Positions 23,265 through 35,582 of a DNA stretch of 52,935 nucleotides are shown piece by piece. The stretch spans positions 41,334,221 through 41,387,155 of the forward strand of contig NC_069000.1 of the NCBI RefSeq assembly GCF_001194135.2, written 5' to 3'. The position numbers and the translations under genes were made by a program. The DNA comes from Octopus bimaculoides (lineage: Eukaryota). Numbering within the stretch: the stretch's first letter is position 1; every line of letters starts with the position of its first letter. Below the pieces are notes generated by a model. The model made no database searches and was not told the DNA's origin. It saw only the letters and a list, made by a program, of their open reading frames with translations.

Positions 23265-23937
23265 TATTTGTTTATTTATTTATTGCAATATGATTTCTGA
23301 TTTCACCTGAAATTCAAAACCGAAATGATCTAGGAATATAAAAGACGTACAAATTCTATATTTGAACATTTACATCAGTTCAGTAGTCAGTCATATGAAG
23401 CGTATTAAATATGGTTACGTGATAACATGTTACAATATGTCGTGTAGAGTAGTTTTTCTTTCCTCCTGTCTCGAAATATATTTTAGGTTGGACTTTGTTC
23501 CGTAAGTTTATTCTCCCAAAAACATTACTGGGCATTTTGTAACGTGTGTCTGTGTATAACTGTCTAGCTAAGTAGTTATACGTAGACCTGTATAAAAACT
23601 CATGCGTGTGTAGATATATATATGTATATATTTATAGAACGTGTGTATATGTATGTTTATTTGTTTGTTTGTTTGCATTTATTGCTTTTTTGGAAATATA
23701 TACAGATTTGTGTATATCAGTATGTTATATACCCACCAACAACTGAAAGGCAAAAAAATCCACACACAAGTATATACAAATTTCCATACTCACCTGTTCT
23801 GATTTCTCTTCCATTTTCCTCATTCTTAAATCTTGGTGAAGAATCGTTATGGTCAGAATAAGAAGTATTCCAAAAGCTATGAGCGAAGACATGGATAAAC
23901 GTTGCGAAATGTTCCTGGCCAGTTGTGCGAAATCCAT
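10101..23937 (-). CDS. Gene A (spliced, 4 exons, 253 aa): type II membrane / signal-anchor protein with spongin short-chain collagen C4-like (NC1-related) C-terminal domain, no triple helix
   Basis: Manual assembly join(23937-23794, 17600-17549, 15585-15511, 10591-10101) = 144+52+75+491 = 762 nt, open frame, all introns GT-AG. Exon lengths, phases and boundaries are identical in paralog B. Family motifs: [61 protein letters not shown]. Confidence 0.9.
10883..11263 (+). mobile_element. Full-length tRNA-derived SINE (family C) with 15-bp TSD
   Basis: A/B-box-like head; 3' hairpin CGTCG-TAAG-CGACG; (AAC) tail; TSD ACTATCATAAATTGG at 10868-10882 and 11264-11278. Confidence 0.92.
12834..13198. 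mobile_element. Head-to-head inverted pair of Penelope-like pLTR fragments with hammerhead remnants around an (AAT)n tract
   Basis: About 85-bp arms at 12871-12955 and 13097-13180; flanking 12-bp direct repeat AAAACTTAACCT at 12822-12833 and 13199-13210; third copy at 40870-40950. Confidence 0.7.
13394..13617 (+). mobile_element. tRNA-derived SINE (family B); degenerate relatives near 35095-35250 and 41775-41900
   Basis: GGCGAGCTGGCAG…TTAGC head, GAGTTCAAAT B-box, (TTA)n tail. Confidence 0.8.
14640..15375 (+). mobile_element. Degenerate mariner transposase fossil in gene A intron 3
   Basis: Residual DN.R (HDNARPH-like), YHLFRS-like and [11 protein letters not shown] motifs; homologous to 34240-34995. 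Confidence 0.7.
15511..15585 (-). CDS. Gene A exon 3 (75 nt, [26 protein letters not shown])
   Basis: CAG acceptor, G|GTTAGT donor; carries the family N-terminal motif YxRWGRxxCP; 75-nt homolog at 35676-35750. Confidence 0.92.
15961..16378 (+). mobile_element. SINE family A, full length
   Basis: GGCGCAGGCGTGGCTGTGTGGTAA head, CCTGGGCAAGTG core, internal (CA)n, AAGTAAAAGA tail. Confidence 0.9.
16745..17340 (+). mobile_element. Composite family C SINE (head + 123 bp copied from 21654-21776 + SINE) within a 12-bp TSD
   Basis: TSD GATATTTTAAGT at 16733-16744 and 17341-17352; the internal segment matches 21654-21776 with 2 mismatches. Confidence 0.88.
17549..17600 (-). CDS. Gene A exon 2 (52 nt, [17 protein letters not shown])
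   Basis: Acceptor TTTCTATTTCTTTACAG, donor A|GTAAG; 52-nt homolog at 37178-37229; the frame joins exon 1 (phase 0) to exon 3 (phase 1). Confidence 0.85.
17715..18200 (+). mobile_element. Penelope-like element 3' remnant (GIY-YIG C-terminal region followed by a degenerate hammerhead)
   Basis: SLASHIW.IKE….Y.NKW……[14 protein letters not shown]; CTGATGA…GAAACG at 18127-18170 on the same strand. Confidence 0.65.
18787..18938 (-). mobile_element. SINE family A, 5' half
   Basis: Reverse complement matches the head and CORE-like segment. Confidence 0.85.
19690..20100 (-). mobile_element. Degenerate RTE LINE C-terminal fragment
   Basis: LRILSQK…[10 protein letters not shown] similarity to the 1885-2690 copy. 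Confidence 0.65.
20392..20449 (+). ncRNA. Minimal hammerhead ribozyme motif (extra A after A9)
   Basis: CUGAAGA-A-GGAC-UAU-GUCC-GAA-ACGU-U; interrupted stem I (CAGCUUC..CC / GG…GAAG.CUG); adjacent to a Penelope ORF remnant. Confidence 0.6.
20535..21060 (-). mobile_element. Penelope-like retroelement ORF remnant (RT thumb to GIY-YIG linker)
   Basis: [29 protein letters not shown]…KKYLTSAKL…GRPNCGTC, typical of the PLE linker, with stop codons. Confidence 0.75.
21777..22158 (+). mobile_element. Family C SINE with 8-bp TSD
   Basis: TSD ATTTACCA at 21769-21776 and 22159-22166; 3' hairpin variant CGTCG-TAAC-CGACG. Confidence 0.88.
22560..22770 (-). mobile_element. SINE family A fragment running into an assembly gap
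   Basis: Similarity to the family A mid-region. Confidence 0.7.
23794..23937 (-). CDS. Gene A exon 1 (MDFAQ...KSEQ; short cytoplasmic tail plus hydrophobic anchor)
   Basis: ATG in context ACCATCAAAATGG; 48 codons; donor CAG|GTGAGT; homologous to gene B exon 1. Confidence 0.88.
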
Positions 23938-23959
23938 TTTGATGGTAGACGTCCGTTGT

Positions 23960-24177
23960 ATGCGATATTTCGTGTTGGTTTAACAATAAATTTAGGATAG
24001 ATCTAAGCTGGAGGCTTATTACTGACTTCCTTTATACATTCAATTTACAATATTCATATATTCAATTTATATATTCGACCCACAATAACCCAGCCTTGAC
24101 GAAAATTTAATCGTAAACCAATGATATTATTATAACCAGACGTGTGGGTGTATATTTATAAATGGCAGGTGTTGTGA
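23960..24177 (-). promoter_or_regulatory. Gene A 5'UTR / proximal promoter (Inr-like TCAGT, CCAAT, CACCC/GT-box blocks)
   Basis: Non-coding blocks conserved with 40540-40780: AGATCTAAGCTGGAGGCTTA.TACTGACTT, TCGTAAACCAATGA, GTGTGGGTGTA, TAAATG.CAGGT.TTGTG. Confidence 0.55.
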
Positions 24178-24464
24178 TTCGGTAGAGACACAAACTAATT
24201 ACAAAATAATTACAGAAATACTTTAATTAGAAAGGCAGAAACCCGTAAAATTAATAAATATCCCATTTTGTGAGAGGATTAAGATTTATAAACTTGCTTA
24301 ATTTGGTATTTATTTTATTTTTTATGTCTGGGAAACATTTACTGCAGCCTCCTGTTAATGTTGGTTAGTTCATAACAATTTATCAAACAAATTTTCAGAT
24401 AATTAAATTATTTCTGTTAATCTAATTAAAATATTCAACTGTGATAATATCGTTATGGAAGCGA

Positions 24465-24721
24465 TATACATACATACATAAACAGATACATACATACAAG
24501 TATATACACATACATACATGCATGCATGCATACATACATACATACAAGCACACATACATACAGAGAAGCATACATACATACACACATACATACAGATAAG
24601 CATAATCCATACATACACACATACATACAGATAAGCATACATCTATACATACACACATACATACAAGCATACATACATACATACATACATAAATACACAC
24701 ATACATACATACATACATACA

Positions 24722-24752
<31 letters not shown>
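24465..24752. repeat. (TACA)n-type degenerate microsatellite
   Basis: Visible tandem tetranucleotide. Confidence 0.9.
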
Positions 24753-24755
<3 letters not shown>

Positions 24756-24819
24756 GCAAAAAGAGAACACTCAGTCGCAAACTGATCGCACTCAAGCAGG
24801 AGTTAAAATGCTGTCAGTG

Positions 24820-24988
24820 AGAATAACCGATAGCAAAAGGCATCAGAAGAGAATAACCGATAGCAAAAGGCACCAGAAGAGAATAACCGATAGCAAAAAG
24901 CATCAGAAGAGAATAACCGATAGCAAAAGGCATCAGAAGAGAATAACCGATAGCAAAAGGCATCAGAAGAGAATAACCGATAGCAAAA
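24820..24988 (+). repeat. 30-bp minisatellite, 5 full units plus 1 partial (AGAATAACCGATAGCAAAAGGCATCAGAAG)
   Basis: Units start at 24820, 24850, 24880, 24910, 24940 and 24970; no spacers. Confidence 0.95.
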
Positions 24989-24989
24989 G

Positions 24990-26040
24990 AATAAACAAAA
25001 ATTTTAACCGCAACCCGGCCGCACTGTACAGAGGCATGAGAGAAGAAGCAGTAAAAAGCATTATAAAAGCTCCTTCACGAGAAAACATAGACTTTTCCTG
25101 AAGGAAAACCTGGAGCAAAATGGGGTTTCACTGAAATGTATGTGGCTGATAGATATTCGAAATGATTATTGTCCCTTCATTACACTCCACTCGAGACATG
25201 CAGCATTGATGGTGATACATTTGTGACTGCAATCCAGGAACTTCAGAATGAAGAGATTTGATTGATAGATACTGGTACAAGAACCTAACCTTCTATCGAC
25301 CATATTTTGTAAACCTGTACCAGCAAGCTTTCAATGGGAATAGTAGCATACCACACTGTTTAGCTCTGGCAAAGACAAAACTGCTCCTCAGAAGCCGAAC
25401 CACTTACATGGCAAAAACAACCGACCAATTGCATGCCACCAGAACTTAATGTATAAAATATATATATGTTTAAACTTCTTCCTCCAAGAACATTGTGGAA
25501 GTAATAACACCATCACAGCAGAACAAACAGCAGGGAAGAAGGGAGTCAATGGATTATCGAGCAACTGTTAATAAACAAAACTGTAATGTCAGAGGTGCAA
25601 ATGCGTAAAAGGTAACTAGTTTCAATGTAGCTAGGCTACAAGAAAGCCTTTGACTCTGTCCCCACTAATGGGTGCTAGAACCCCTTTGACTTGGTAAAGT
25701 TCCAGTGAGCATAGTCAAAATCATAGCTATTCTGACTTCATCGTGGGCCACTATCTTGAAGTTAGATACAAGGCGCGATGAAAAGCAGTGTCTCAGAATT
25801 ATATTCCGAAGGGAAAGCTCCTCTGTGATGTCGTTTATATATTCTATAAATCTCTTGTCATCCATGTTAAGAAAGTCTTGAAGATATCTCACTGGTTCAG
25901 AAAGAAACAGAAATACTAAAATTACACTGTTTCTTTCTGGAAGACTTAAAACTGTATGCCAAGAATATGCTTGAGATGAAAAAGAGCCTTGACCTGGTTA
26001 GAATATTCAGTTACAACGTGGTACTCCAGCAGTTCTTTGC
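24990..26040 (+). mobile_element. Degenerate non-LTR retrotransposon RT (R4/Dong-like)
   Basis: LAKTKLL…NRPIAC…MYKI, KAFDSVP, residual RRGIFQGDSLS-like and DDLKLYAK-like motifs with frameshifts. Confidence 0.7.
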
Positions 26041-28242
26041 AGGTTTATGTAGGTATAATACAACACAAGATGCTCTACTGTAAATAGTTAAGAATTGTTA
26101 AATCTAAAATAAAACTTCATTATACTCGAAGACTGTAGTTGATATGAACTGACAAAAGCAGCGTTAATAAGTAACCAATTGGACAGCTAAATCTTATTGA
26201 ATGTAGTAAACAGTGAATTTCTGACCCAGAAAAACCCACATTTGGTGAATTGATATTTAGATTTAATGATGTCAATTACCACACCGTATAAAAGAGTGTT
26301 TCATTTCGTAATTTTATTACATTTGAAAATATCAATATAACACGCAAAGTATATTTTTTGTTTATAAAAAATATAATTTTGGTTTTCTAAAACGGAAATG
26401 AAGTCTACATAAGATCTTAAGAAAACGGAAGGGAGAAAGAGACGCAGAGGAAAAAAAGAAAAAAGGTTTAACATTTTTGAAGCTGTCAGCTAAGTTCAGC
26501 GTTGCTGCAGCTTTTACTGCTGATGATCTGGTTAGAGGGACAACAGTTCAACATATGCAAATACTCTAACATTTTATCGTCAAGTTGTATATACAAGTGC
26601 CACTTTTGAAATATGAGAAGAAATGCCATAACGATAAATAGGAATGCGAATGTGAGTTTCGCTTACACTCTGAGAAATTCAGGAATATGGAACGTGAAAA
26701 GTACTGTTCGGCAGGAAGCTGAATTTTTAATGGAACAGCAAAATTACTTCCAACTCTTGGTGTATGCATGGCATTTTGTAGGGAGTATAAAAGTATTGAC
26801 TGCTTAAGAAAAAGAAACTTTCGTGACAATTTTCAAATATCGTATGAGTTTAACTCTTTCTTATTGAGAAGAATATGTAAGGGAGAAATACAGAGAAAGG
26901 AAGCCGACTGTATTTATCAGCAAACGTTTATAAATTGCTTGAAACAGATCGATTTTACTCCAGCCATCTCGAATATTGATCAATTTCTTGTATAGTGTAC
27001 CTTGTATATTCACTAATTAATATTTATTGTCCAGGATATTACTGGGTGTGATTCACTGGAATCTTTTCTCAAGCTTATCTTCATATTTCCTTACAAGGCC
27101 AAGTATTTAGTAGACTCAGTTATAGCGTTTCTTCACGGTAAACTACCTAGATCTGTCTCATGACAACACCACACATACTTTAGGTCTCTGCATTAGATTT
27201 GAAGCACGGGTCGAGAACCAAATGAAATTGTTATCTTCCGCAGGACATATTCCGAAATTGGACGGCGCAAAAGAAGTAGTGTGTGATGCGCTCTCTTTCT
27301 TTTACACCAACCAAGCTGTTTCATTAAAAAAATTTTTTTTTGTTGTTCCATAACCGCATTCCATTGCTTAGCATCTAGAAATTGCTAGAATGTTCTAATG
27401 AAACATTCTAACGAATTAAAGCACATTTCGATTCTGTCACTACTCTTCCAGGAAGTTCATCCTTTTGATCCCTAGCTAGCGTCCGGAATGGGTAGCTTTC
27501 CTCTCAACCAATATGCTGCCGTGGGTACCGCTGTATGACGGACACTGCTGATGATGTTATTTGACGCTTTTCGACCCATGGCGTTGTCCTTAGCTTGCCT
27601 GAGGTCGAAACGGTGCGACTTCAGGTCTTTCTCAATTTGTTTCACCCATATTTTCTTCATTGTACTTCACTGGACTCTCTAGTGCGTGGGCCGTGCCGCC
27701 ACAAAAATTAATGTGGTAGTTTTGCGGTACTCATCCAGCAGACGTAGCCTGCGCTGCCGGAGTTGGTCTCCAGGAAATACTGTGTGTGTTAATGCATGTG
27801 ATTTTGTTTGTGTATACGTATACATATATGTGATTTTAATTTCCGTTTGTGTAACCTGCTGCATCAGCTTCTGGTGCATGGTCTCCGCCCTTGTCCAGCC
27901 AGCGAATACTTAGTTGTCCAGTTAGCAAGGTCATAAAGGGAGCAGGTTGTCATGTCAAACAGACAACACACGCAACATTGTGACCCTGTTGCGTTTTAAC
28001 GTTAGCCAAAGCAAAAATATTAACATCTGTTTCTCATACACGGCTGACTACTTACAGAAAGAAATCAATGGCCGGACTTCCCTCGCCCTAACCACAACGC
28101 CTACAATCGGAGATATTAAACATAGCTTGAAGTATGAATCAAAAACTCGGGAATAATTCTCACCACCAAAAATATAACTAACTGCTCCTAGCCTATACCA
28201 GCCTTGTGGAATCATCCCAGTTTTCGTCTTATTCTCTCTCTC

Positions 28243-28313
<71 letters not shown>

Positions 28314-29673
28314 TTATCACGGTCTTTCGAAAGACGTCTACGATGAACCCAGCCATCAAAAGAATCAACAGTTCCGAATCCGCCAACGAACTTTTATTCT
28401 TTTCACATCTAACATATCAAAGATAATGGCGACTAACATGAGCAACCATATTCTCCAAAAGGTGGTGCCTTCTCTGTTCAATTACAGCTTCCGCAAAACC
28501 AGATATCCTTTGAACTTGCTCAAAATCATATGTGCCTTAAATTTCCTTAGCTACATCTCGCACTAATGGATGATTCAAGCTCTTGAGATTTGTCCATAAA
28601 ATGATGTCATTGTCCTACCTATTTTCCCATCCAAGAGAGCCATTAATATATCTCTCATCTCCCGTTATGACCACCATTCCAGTAACCGTTGCCTTCTCTA
28701 CTCTCCAATATATTATATCTGGTATTCTCAATGATTTGGTTCTTTTCCCCCTCATACTTTTTGACGCATGTTGCTAAGTAACCTGATGTCATGCTAACAA
28801 GCTAACCCTGTATGCAAATGAACTTACTCTTTATTGTACAATATACCGAGAATACATTTGAAATAAACATAATAAACTTTATTACATTTACCATTTTCAC
28901 ATCAGATGATATCGCGAATATTGCTTAATATCTAGTTGCTCTGATAAAACTATCAGAAAATTTGAATTGGAATTTGCGAGTTGGAATAGAATTACTTGAT
29001 ACAATAAACAGAAACAATTTTAGAGCAGCTTAAAAAGAGAAGAAAACACGCTCACATTTATGCATATCTACATATATACACATGGGTAATTATTATTAAA
29101 ATTAGAATTAAGGATCACTGATGAAGCAAAGTATATTCATACGCAGAAGTAGAAATCCATATCTGGAATTAACCAATAATTTTTGCTAGTTTATTTTGTC
29201 TCTTTGTCTTCTCTCCTGGTGCTGTATGAATACTTGATGTGGTTTTAGAGTCAAGTTTTTGACTGCCATCTCTAGAACGATGGTATCTTTTAGATAGCCT
29301 TAATTATAATTTTAATAATTATTACCTATGAGGTTTTTATTCCCATGCTAGCCACTTGATATGATCGGTTTTTAAAATAAGGATCTTATCTTTATTTATA
29401 TAAATGTATATACACATGTATAAATATATTAGGGTTTTTTTTTTAGTGACTAGATAAGCAAACAAGAAAATGTGTATTCGATACATGTCCTTGAATTTAT
29501 GAATTAGTATGAAACTGATCAGAAAATCCGCCTCCAACAATTACGGGGATGTCTCCAGTTTTTGTTGAATAATAAAATTAACGAAATTATCTAAATGATC
29601 CGAATTGGTGAAGCGTTGTATGACAACATATACATGTGCGTGCATTCGATACTGCTATTTCATTTTCAGCTAG

Positions 29674-29690
29674 AAGTAGTAGTAGTAGTT

Positions 29691-29785
<95 letters not shown>

Positions 29786-30378
29786 NNNNNNNNNNNNNNN
29801 NNNNNNNNNNNNNNNNNNNNNNNNNNNNNNNNNNNNNNNNNNNNNNNNNNNNNNNNNNNNNNNNNNNNNNNNNNNNNNNNNNNNNNNNNNNNNNNNNNNN
29901 NNNNNNNNNNNNNNNNNNNNNNNNNNNNNNNNNNNNNNNNNNNNNNNNNNNNNNNNNNNNNNNNNNNNNNNNNNNNNNNNNNNNNNNNNNNNNNNNNNNN
30001 NNNNNNNNNNNNNNNNNNNNNNNNNNNNNNNNNNNNNNNNNNNNNNNNNNNNNNNNNNNNNNNNNNNNNNNNNNNNNNNNNNNNNNNNNNNNNNNNNNNN
30101 NNNNNNNNNNNNNNNNNNNNNNNNNNNNNNNNNNNNNNNNNNNNNNNNNNNNNNNNNNNNNNNNNNNNNNNNNNNNNNNNNNNNNNNNNNNNNNNNNNNN
30201 NNNNNNNNNNNNNNNNNNNNNNNNNNNNNNNNNNNNNNNNNNNNNNNNNNNNNNNNNNNNNNNNNNNNNNNNNNNNNNNNNNNNNNNNNNNNNNNNNNNN
30301 NNNNNNNNNNNNNNNNNNNNNNNNNNNNNNNNNNNNNNNNNNNNNNNNNNNNNNGTGGTGGTGGTGGTGGTGGTGGTG

Positions 30379-30418
<40 letters not shown>
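29674..30418. repeat. (GTA)n/(GTG)n microsatellite flanking an assembly gap
   Basis: Visible trinucleotide runs either side of Ns. Confidence 0.9.
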
Positions 30419-30419
<1 letters not shown>

Positions 30420-31021
30420 TGTGTATTCCCATATCAGCCCTGGCATGCAAATAATCAGCCAAACGAAGTTGCGCCGCTCCCTAATCCATCTCCCCAACCA
30501 TACCCTCTCTTCGTTTCTCTGAAGACCATTCCACACACTCCAACATACAACGATAAACCCTGCTGGGTGTAGTATGTTTATACGTCATTATGATTTCCTT
30601 ACTATGTCTTTTTGTTAGTGTTATAAAAGTTTTTGTAAAAAATAGATGCATCTCCCGGAATTCTTGTTTCCTGCGAGTCTGGAATTTTGTTGTTGTTGAG
30701 TGAAATGATTCGTTGTATGTGATGATCTCTGGAATTGCAGTAGATTTTGATGAAGCTATCTTGATTCTTTTCAAGTGGAATCATATTTCTAGGTGATATA
30801 ATCGTTATTGTTGTGCATCAATTTTCAAGAAATTATATGTATATATATACGCCTAGTGTGTTCCGACTATCAAGCTGTCTCTGATGCAGGTTAAAATCAT
30901 CGATAAGAGTATGAATACTTATAGTCCTGCAAGAAAGGTGAAGGCTTTTAAAGTGCTGTCTGTGTAAACTTTATAGACTTAGTAACCTGATAGTTAGCTA
31001 GACAATATTTTGTAATATTTA

Positions 31022-31410
31022 TCATCATCATCATCATCGTTTAACGTCCGCTTTCCATGCTAGCATGGGTTGGACGATTTGACTGAGGACTGGTGCAACC
31101 AGATGGCTACACCAGGTTCCAATCTGATTTGGCAGAGTTTCTACAGCTGGATGCCCTTCCTAACGCCAACCACTCCGAGAGTGTAGTGGGTGCTTTTACG
31201 TGCCACCGGCACGAAGGCCAGTCAGGCGGTACTGGCAACGGCCACGCTCAAAATGGTGTATTTTACGTGCCACCTGCACAGGAGCCAGTCCAGCGGCACT
31301 GGCACGATCTCGCTCGAATGTCTTTACACATGCCACTGGCACAAGTGCCGGGAAAGCGACGCTGGGCACAGGTGCCATCACGATTTCGCTTTCGCTTGCC
31401 CCAAAATTAA
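31022..31410 (-). mobile_element. SINE/LINE-3'-end type repeat ending in (GAT)n
   Basis: Minus strand GGTTGGCGTTAGGAAGGGCATCCAGC…GGACGTTAAACGATGATGATG, an RTE-type tail. Confidence 0.7.
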
Positions 31411-31683
31411 ACGTATTTAATGAGATGATAGCATGGAATTTAGCGAGGAGTTTTGCTCATATCTAAGATAGTTATAATGGTACGCGTGTGAGGACTTATT
31501 TTTTGAGCTATCGTGTATTTTGTTTTCGAATTGTAAGTAGAATGGTCACTCAATGTATTAGCGTTACTCTGAATCCGATTCGTGCCAAGTATTAACACTT
31601 TTTGAATTTTGATTCATGTATGGTATTAGTTGTGTTTTGTTGTATTTATAGAAAGAGGACAGTCTTTTAAAATTAGATATCAT

Positions 31684-31689
31684 TTTATT
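31684..31689 (-). terminator. Candidate polyadenylation signal AATAAA, gene B
   Basis: About 263 nt after the stop, in a block conserved with gene A. Confidence 0.55.
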
Positions 31690-31951
31690 TCTGTATATAA
31701 ATGTATGTAGATAAACAAAAGCTTATATAATGCTTTTCAAGAATCATTAATTGAGGTTTGCATCCTTCGCCTTAGATACTCTTCTCGTTTGGAATACTAT
31801 TTTAAACAATTATAATGTTGCTTATTTTAACCATATACATAATTTGAATAAAATATCATGAAACAGAATTATGTAATTATAAACTCTTCTTTGATATTAT
31901 CAGATGCAATTTCCCCGTATACATTTTCAAATTGATTCAGTTGTATTCTAT

Positions 31952-32442
31952 TCAATATTTACTGCATACAACACAGCTTAATTCTTGACCATTGACATAA
32001 GGTGGACATGGCAATGAACCACAAACACCCTGAACGAAATACAATAAAGCTCCATTTTCGTCTCTGTAACCCGCTGGATCAGCTTCTGGTGCATGGTCAA
32101 CGCACACATATTCTTCTCTGCCTTTGTGATCGTTGTGGGCTGTCATTAGATAACCGGAATACTCAATCGTCCACCCAGGGTAACAGCGTGTCCTGGCTGG
32201 TAGCATCATAACAACATCAGGTTGTCGTGTCAAACAGACAGCACACGGAACATTGTGATCCTGAAGAGTTTTAGCGTTAGCTAAAGAAAATATATTAGCA
32301 ACTGTTATCTCATATTCGCATCCATATATCTGTGCGGCCACATCAACTACTGTAGTATAATTGGCCCAAATCGGATCATTTGGTAAACATAAGAGATTAC
32401 TTCCACCACCAGTTTGGTCATAGTGCTGCCCACCAACCACAC
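31952..32442 (-). CDS. Gene B exon 4 (491 nt to the stop codon)
   Basis: Lies inside ORF 31952..32467; acceptor TTTTAG|GT GTG GTT GGT; ends CVVCSKY*. Confidence 0.95.
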
Positions 32443-35400
32443 CTAAAATGGTAAGAAACATATACAAAATAAATATGAAATAACATACTAAAAATTAATT
32501 CTTAAATTTCATAACGTTCTTGAATCTTTGGTAAAATAAGTTAACTGAATAGAGGGAGAAATAGAACATTTGTAATGAAAATATCAAAATTATGGAATAC
32601 AGTAGGGGCTATTATACAATCATGATAGAAACCTGAATTTATATGAAGGAACAGGTTTGTGATTAACAATTTAGAATTCTGCGATGTCTTACATGTTAGT
32701 ATACGAAATTACAAATCAGGAGAATTGAATGCGAATGACATAAACACTGAATTCTTTCTATGATCATGTTATTTGCAATAGATTTTCTATGTATTATTGG
32801 ATAGAACACATTCCTAGTGCAAACAGTGTGAGCAATATATTATCGAGAAAAGCTACGTTAGTTTAAAGTGGTCGATTTAATTGGTCACCGGATTATAAAT
32901 ATGATTGAAGTTGACTAAGAACACAGCCTGCACCGCTATACGTATGACACCATATGCTATGAGACTAGTTCTAACATTATAATGCAGGATTATGGTGAGT
33001 CATATTTAGGTTGAATTTGTATGATCCTTCTTCAAATATATTTAGAGTGATATCTGAATTTTAAATATACACTTATAAGCATTTTTGTATATGTAGAAAA
33101 AAAGGAAACTGTGATAGAGAGAGAGAAGGGTTACGTAGGTCACTTTGTATATGGAAGGAAAATGCTCCAAACATGAAAATGGTTCAAACGTAAGAAACGT
33201 AGAATTTTCCTTTCGTAAGCTGCAAAAGTTTTAGAAATCGACGATTTTATCATTCTTTATGCGTATTGTGTATCCATTGGCGTATGCTAAGGTAAACTGT
33301 ACAACCGAAACTGCAAACGCCTAAGTTTGGATAGCTGAAGAAAGGAAAATTTCCCCGTTTTCTTCTTCGCTCATTACGTCTCCTTTTTGTAGTGACCTAC
33401 ACAGACCCTTTTTTTTTACCATTGTTATTCCGTTAAATCGATGCCACATTTATATCGTTTTCCCACTTTTTTACTATATCCAAACACCACCTACTCCTGT
33501 CTCCTCCCTCTTTCTTTATCTTTATATCACTTCTAACTCTCGTTACGTGTCCTTTCTGTTAACCTCTTCTACACCTCTTTTTTCTTTCTATTATCATTCT
33601 GATATACCTCCTTCCTTTATTCAATGTAACTCGCTAAATCGCCGCACACTTTATTTTTCCCTCTTGTTATTCCTTTTCTTTCGACTTGGACCTATATCTA
33701 AATTTCATCTTTATGTTATCTCACAATGTTGGAGACACACTTTACGTTGTCTCTTTTCTTATACATACTACTTGTCTGGTTCCTGATTTTTTTCGACCGT
33801 TAAAAGATGGATGGCAATGTTCGGTTTGAACTAAATTTAAAATCAAAAATCGTGCAAAACATATGCAAACGTCCTAAAGATTCTAGGTTGACCGAATAGT
33901 GTAAACTGAGAGAAGAGGACGGATTGGACTTACGTTCGCAAGGCAAAAATCTGTGAAAACGACTAAGAAACACAGCCAACAAACATAACAAGCTCAAAGA
34001 TCATTATATTAAATTGGAAAAATGTCCTCCTCACGTATATGACATTATCATTTAAGGCTACTTTTTCAATATTGTGTGGGTAAAATAAACATGAATTTTT
34101 ACATGCAGGTAATTTTATTTATTTCTCTACCTTTTATATCATGCTGGTTAAATTAGTATCGATTTTAAACATTTAATATACATTCAGGCCCCTGAATGCT
34201 CTATAAGTTCAAAAGGGGCTTTTCAAGAATGATAACACCAAGAAACATACCAATGATTATTTGGGTAGTTTGATCATAAACTTTGATCAAAAAGCTTCAT
34301 GAACTGTGTAAGGTGTCTAGACTTAATCACTGGGTCCATCCTCATCTGATTGCTTCTCAGCGTAATCAAAAAATTGCGTTACCCTCGTCATAGAAGTGGA
34401 GACTTGCTACCAAACCTTTCCTGTGAAAAGTTTTCACACGTGATGACAAGAGGGATCTCTATCACCATAACTTTAAAAAATAGCAATGGTTGGGACCCCA
34501 TGAAAGCAAAGAATGTATCCCGAAATCAGGAATCTACTAAAAAATGATTATGCTTTGTATTCGGAGGCATATGAAAGCTGTCGTCTATCATGAAATGTTA
34601 AACTAAAGCGAAAGAGTTAATGCAGAAACGTTTTGTTGTCATTTAGAAGCATTGTACAAACATGCAAAAATAGCGCTCATCATTTGTTTCTCATAAAGGA
34701 GTGTTTCTCTCACACGATAATGCAAGACCACATATTGGCCAAGACACTCTTGAAAAGATTATGACATTAAATAATATAGAAGTTTTGTCTCACCCTCCAT
34801 ACTCTTCCGACCTTCCTGTATCTTACTATCATCTTTTCAGATTACAGCAACATTGTTTAGAAACGAAGCAGTTTATTAATTGTAAAGAGGTTAAAATGAT
34901 ATTGAATGTTTCTTTGCTTCGAAACTTGAAGAATTTACGCCCAGTTGATCAATAGTTTACCAAATAAATGGGAATACGCTCTCAATAGTCAGGGGGAAAT
35001 TCTGTCTTGATTAGAAACATGAGAAAAGAGTAACAATGGAGATGTTTCTTTCCCATCTTGAAATGAAACACGACTTTCTTTCCAAAATACTTTTCAGTAA
35101 CGCTTGGTGAGCTGGCAGAATCGTTAGCACTGCCAGTTGAGCACTGGGGTCGATGTAACTGATTCCCCCCTTTGCTGAAATTACTGGTCTTGGATTAAAA
35201 TTTGAAACAATTAATACCTTAACGTTGAAAGGAAAAAAGAGGATGGAAATGTTCCCTGTTTTGAACTGCATTACTCTACGAATATCCGTGTACCACTGGT
35301 AGCTATGTCGTACGTGTGTTGAATTGTGTATTCCGAGAAAAGAAACCTGGTTGTTTAGTACATGTGACTATTTTGTTCCGAGGTAAAAAAGTAAGTTATA

Positions 35401-35495
35401 ATTCAAGTTGTGAATGGAAACTTTCCCGTGTAGTCTCTGAAAAATCTGTAAGTTATGCCATTAACGTGACATAATATACAATACGAAGATCTGCA

Positions 35496-35582
<87 letters not shown>

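Noticed and set aside
24820-24988. CRISPR-like 30-bp repeats
   Set aside because: Head-to-tail units without spacers, eukaryotic context, no cas genes.
29587-30572. Long ORFs with poly-Ser/Val/Thr/His or X runs (also 39346-40104, 49413-50302, 51157-52317, 24403-24770, 8546-9036)
   Set aside because: Produced by microsatellites and N gaps.
31093-31466. Overlapping GC-rich ORFs
   Set aside because: They lie within a dispersed SINE-like repeat; no recognisable domain.
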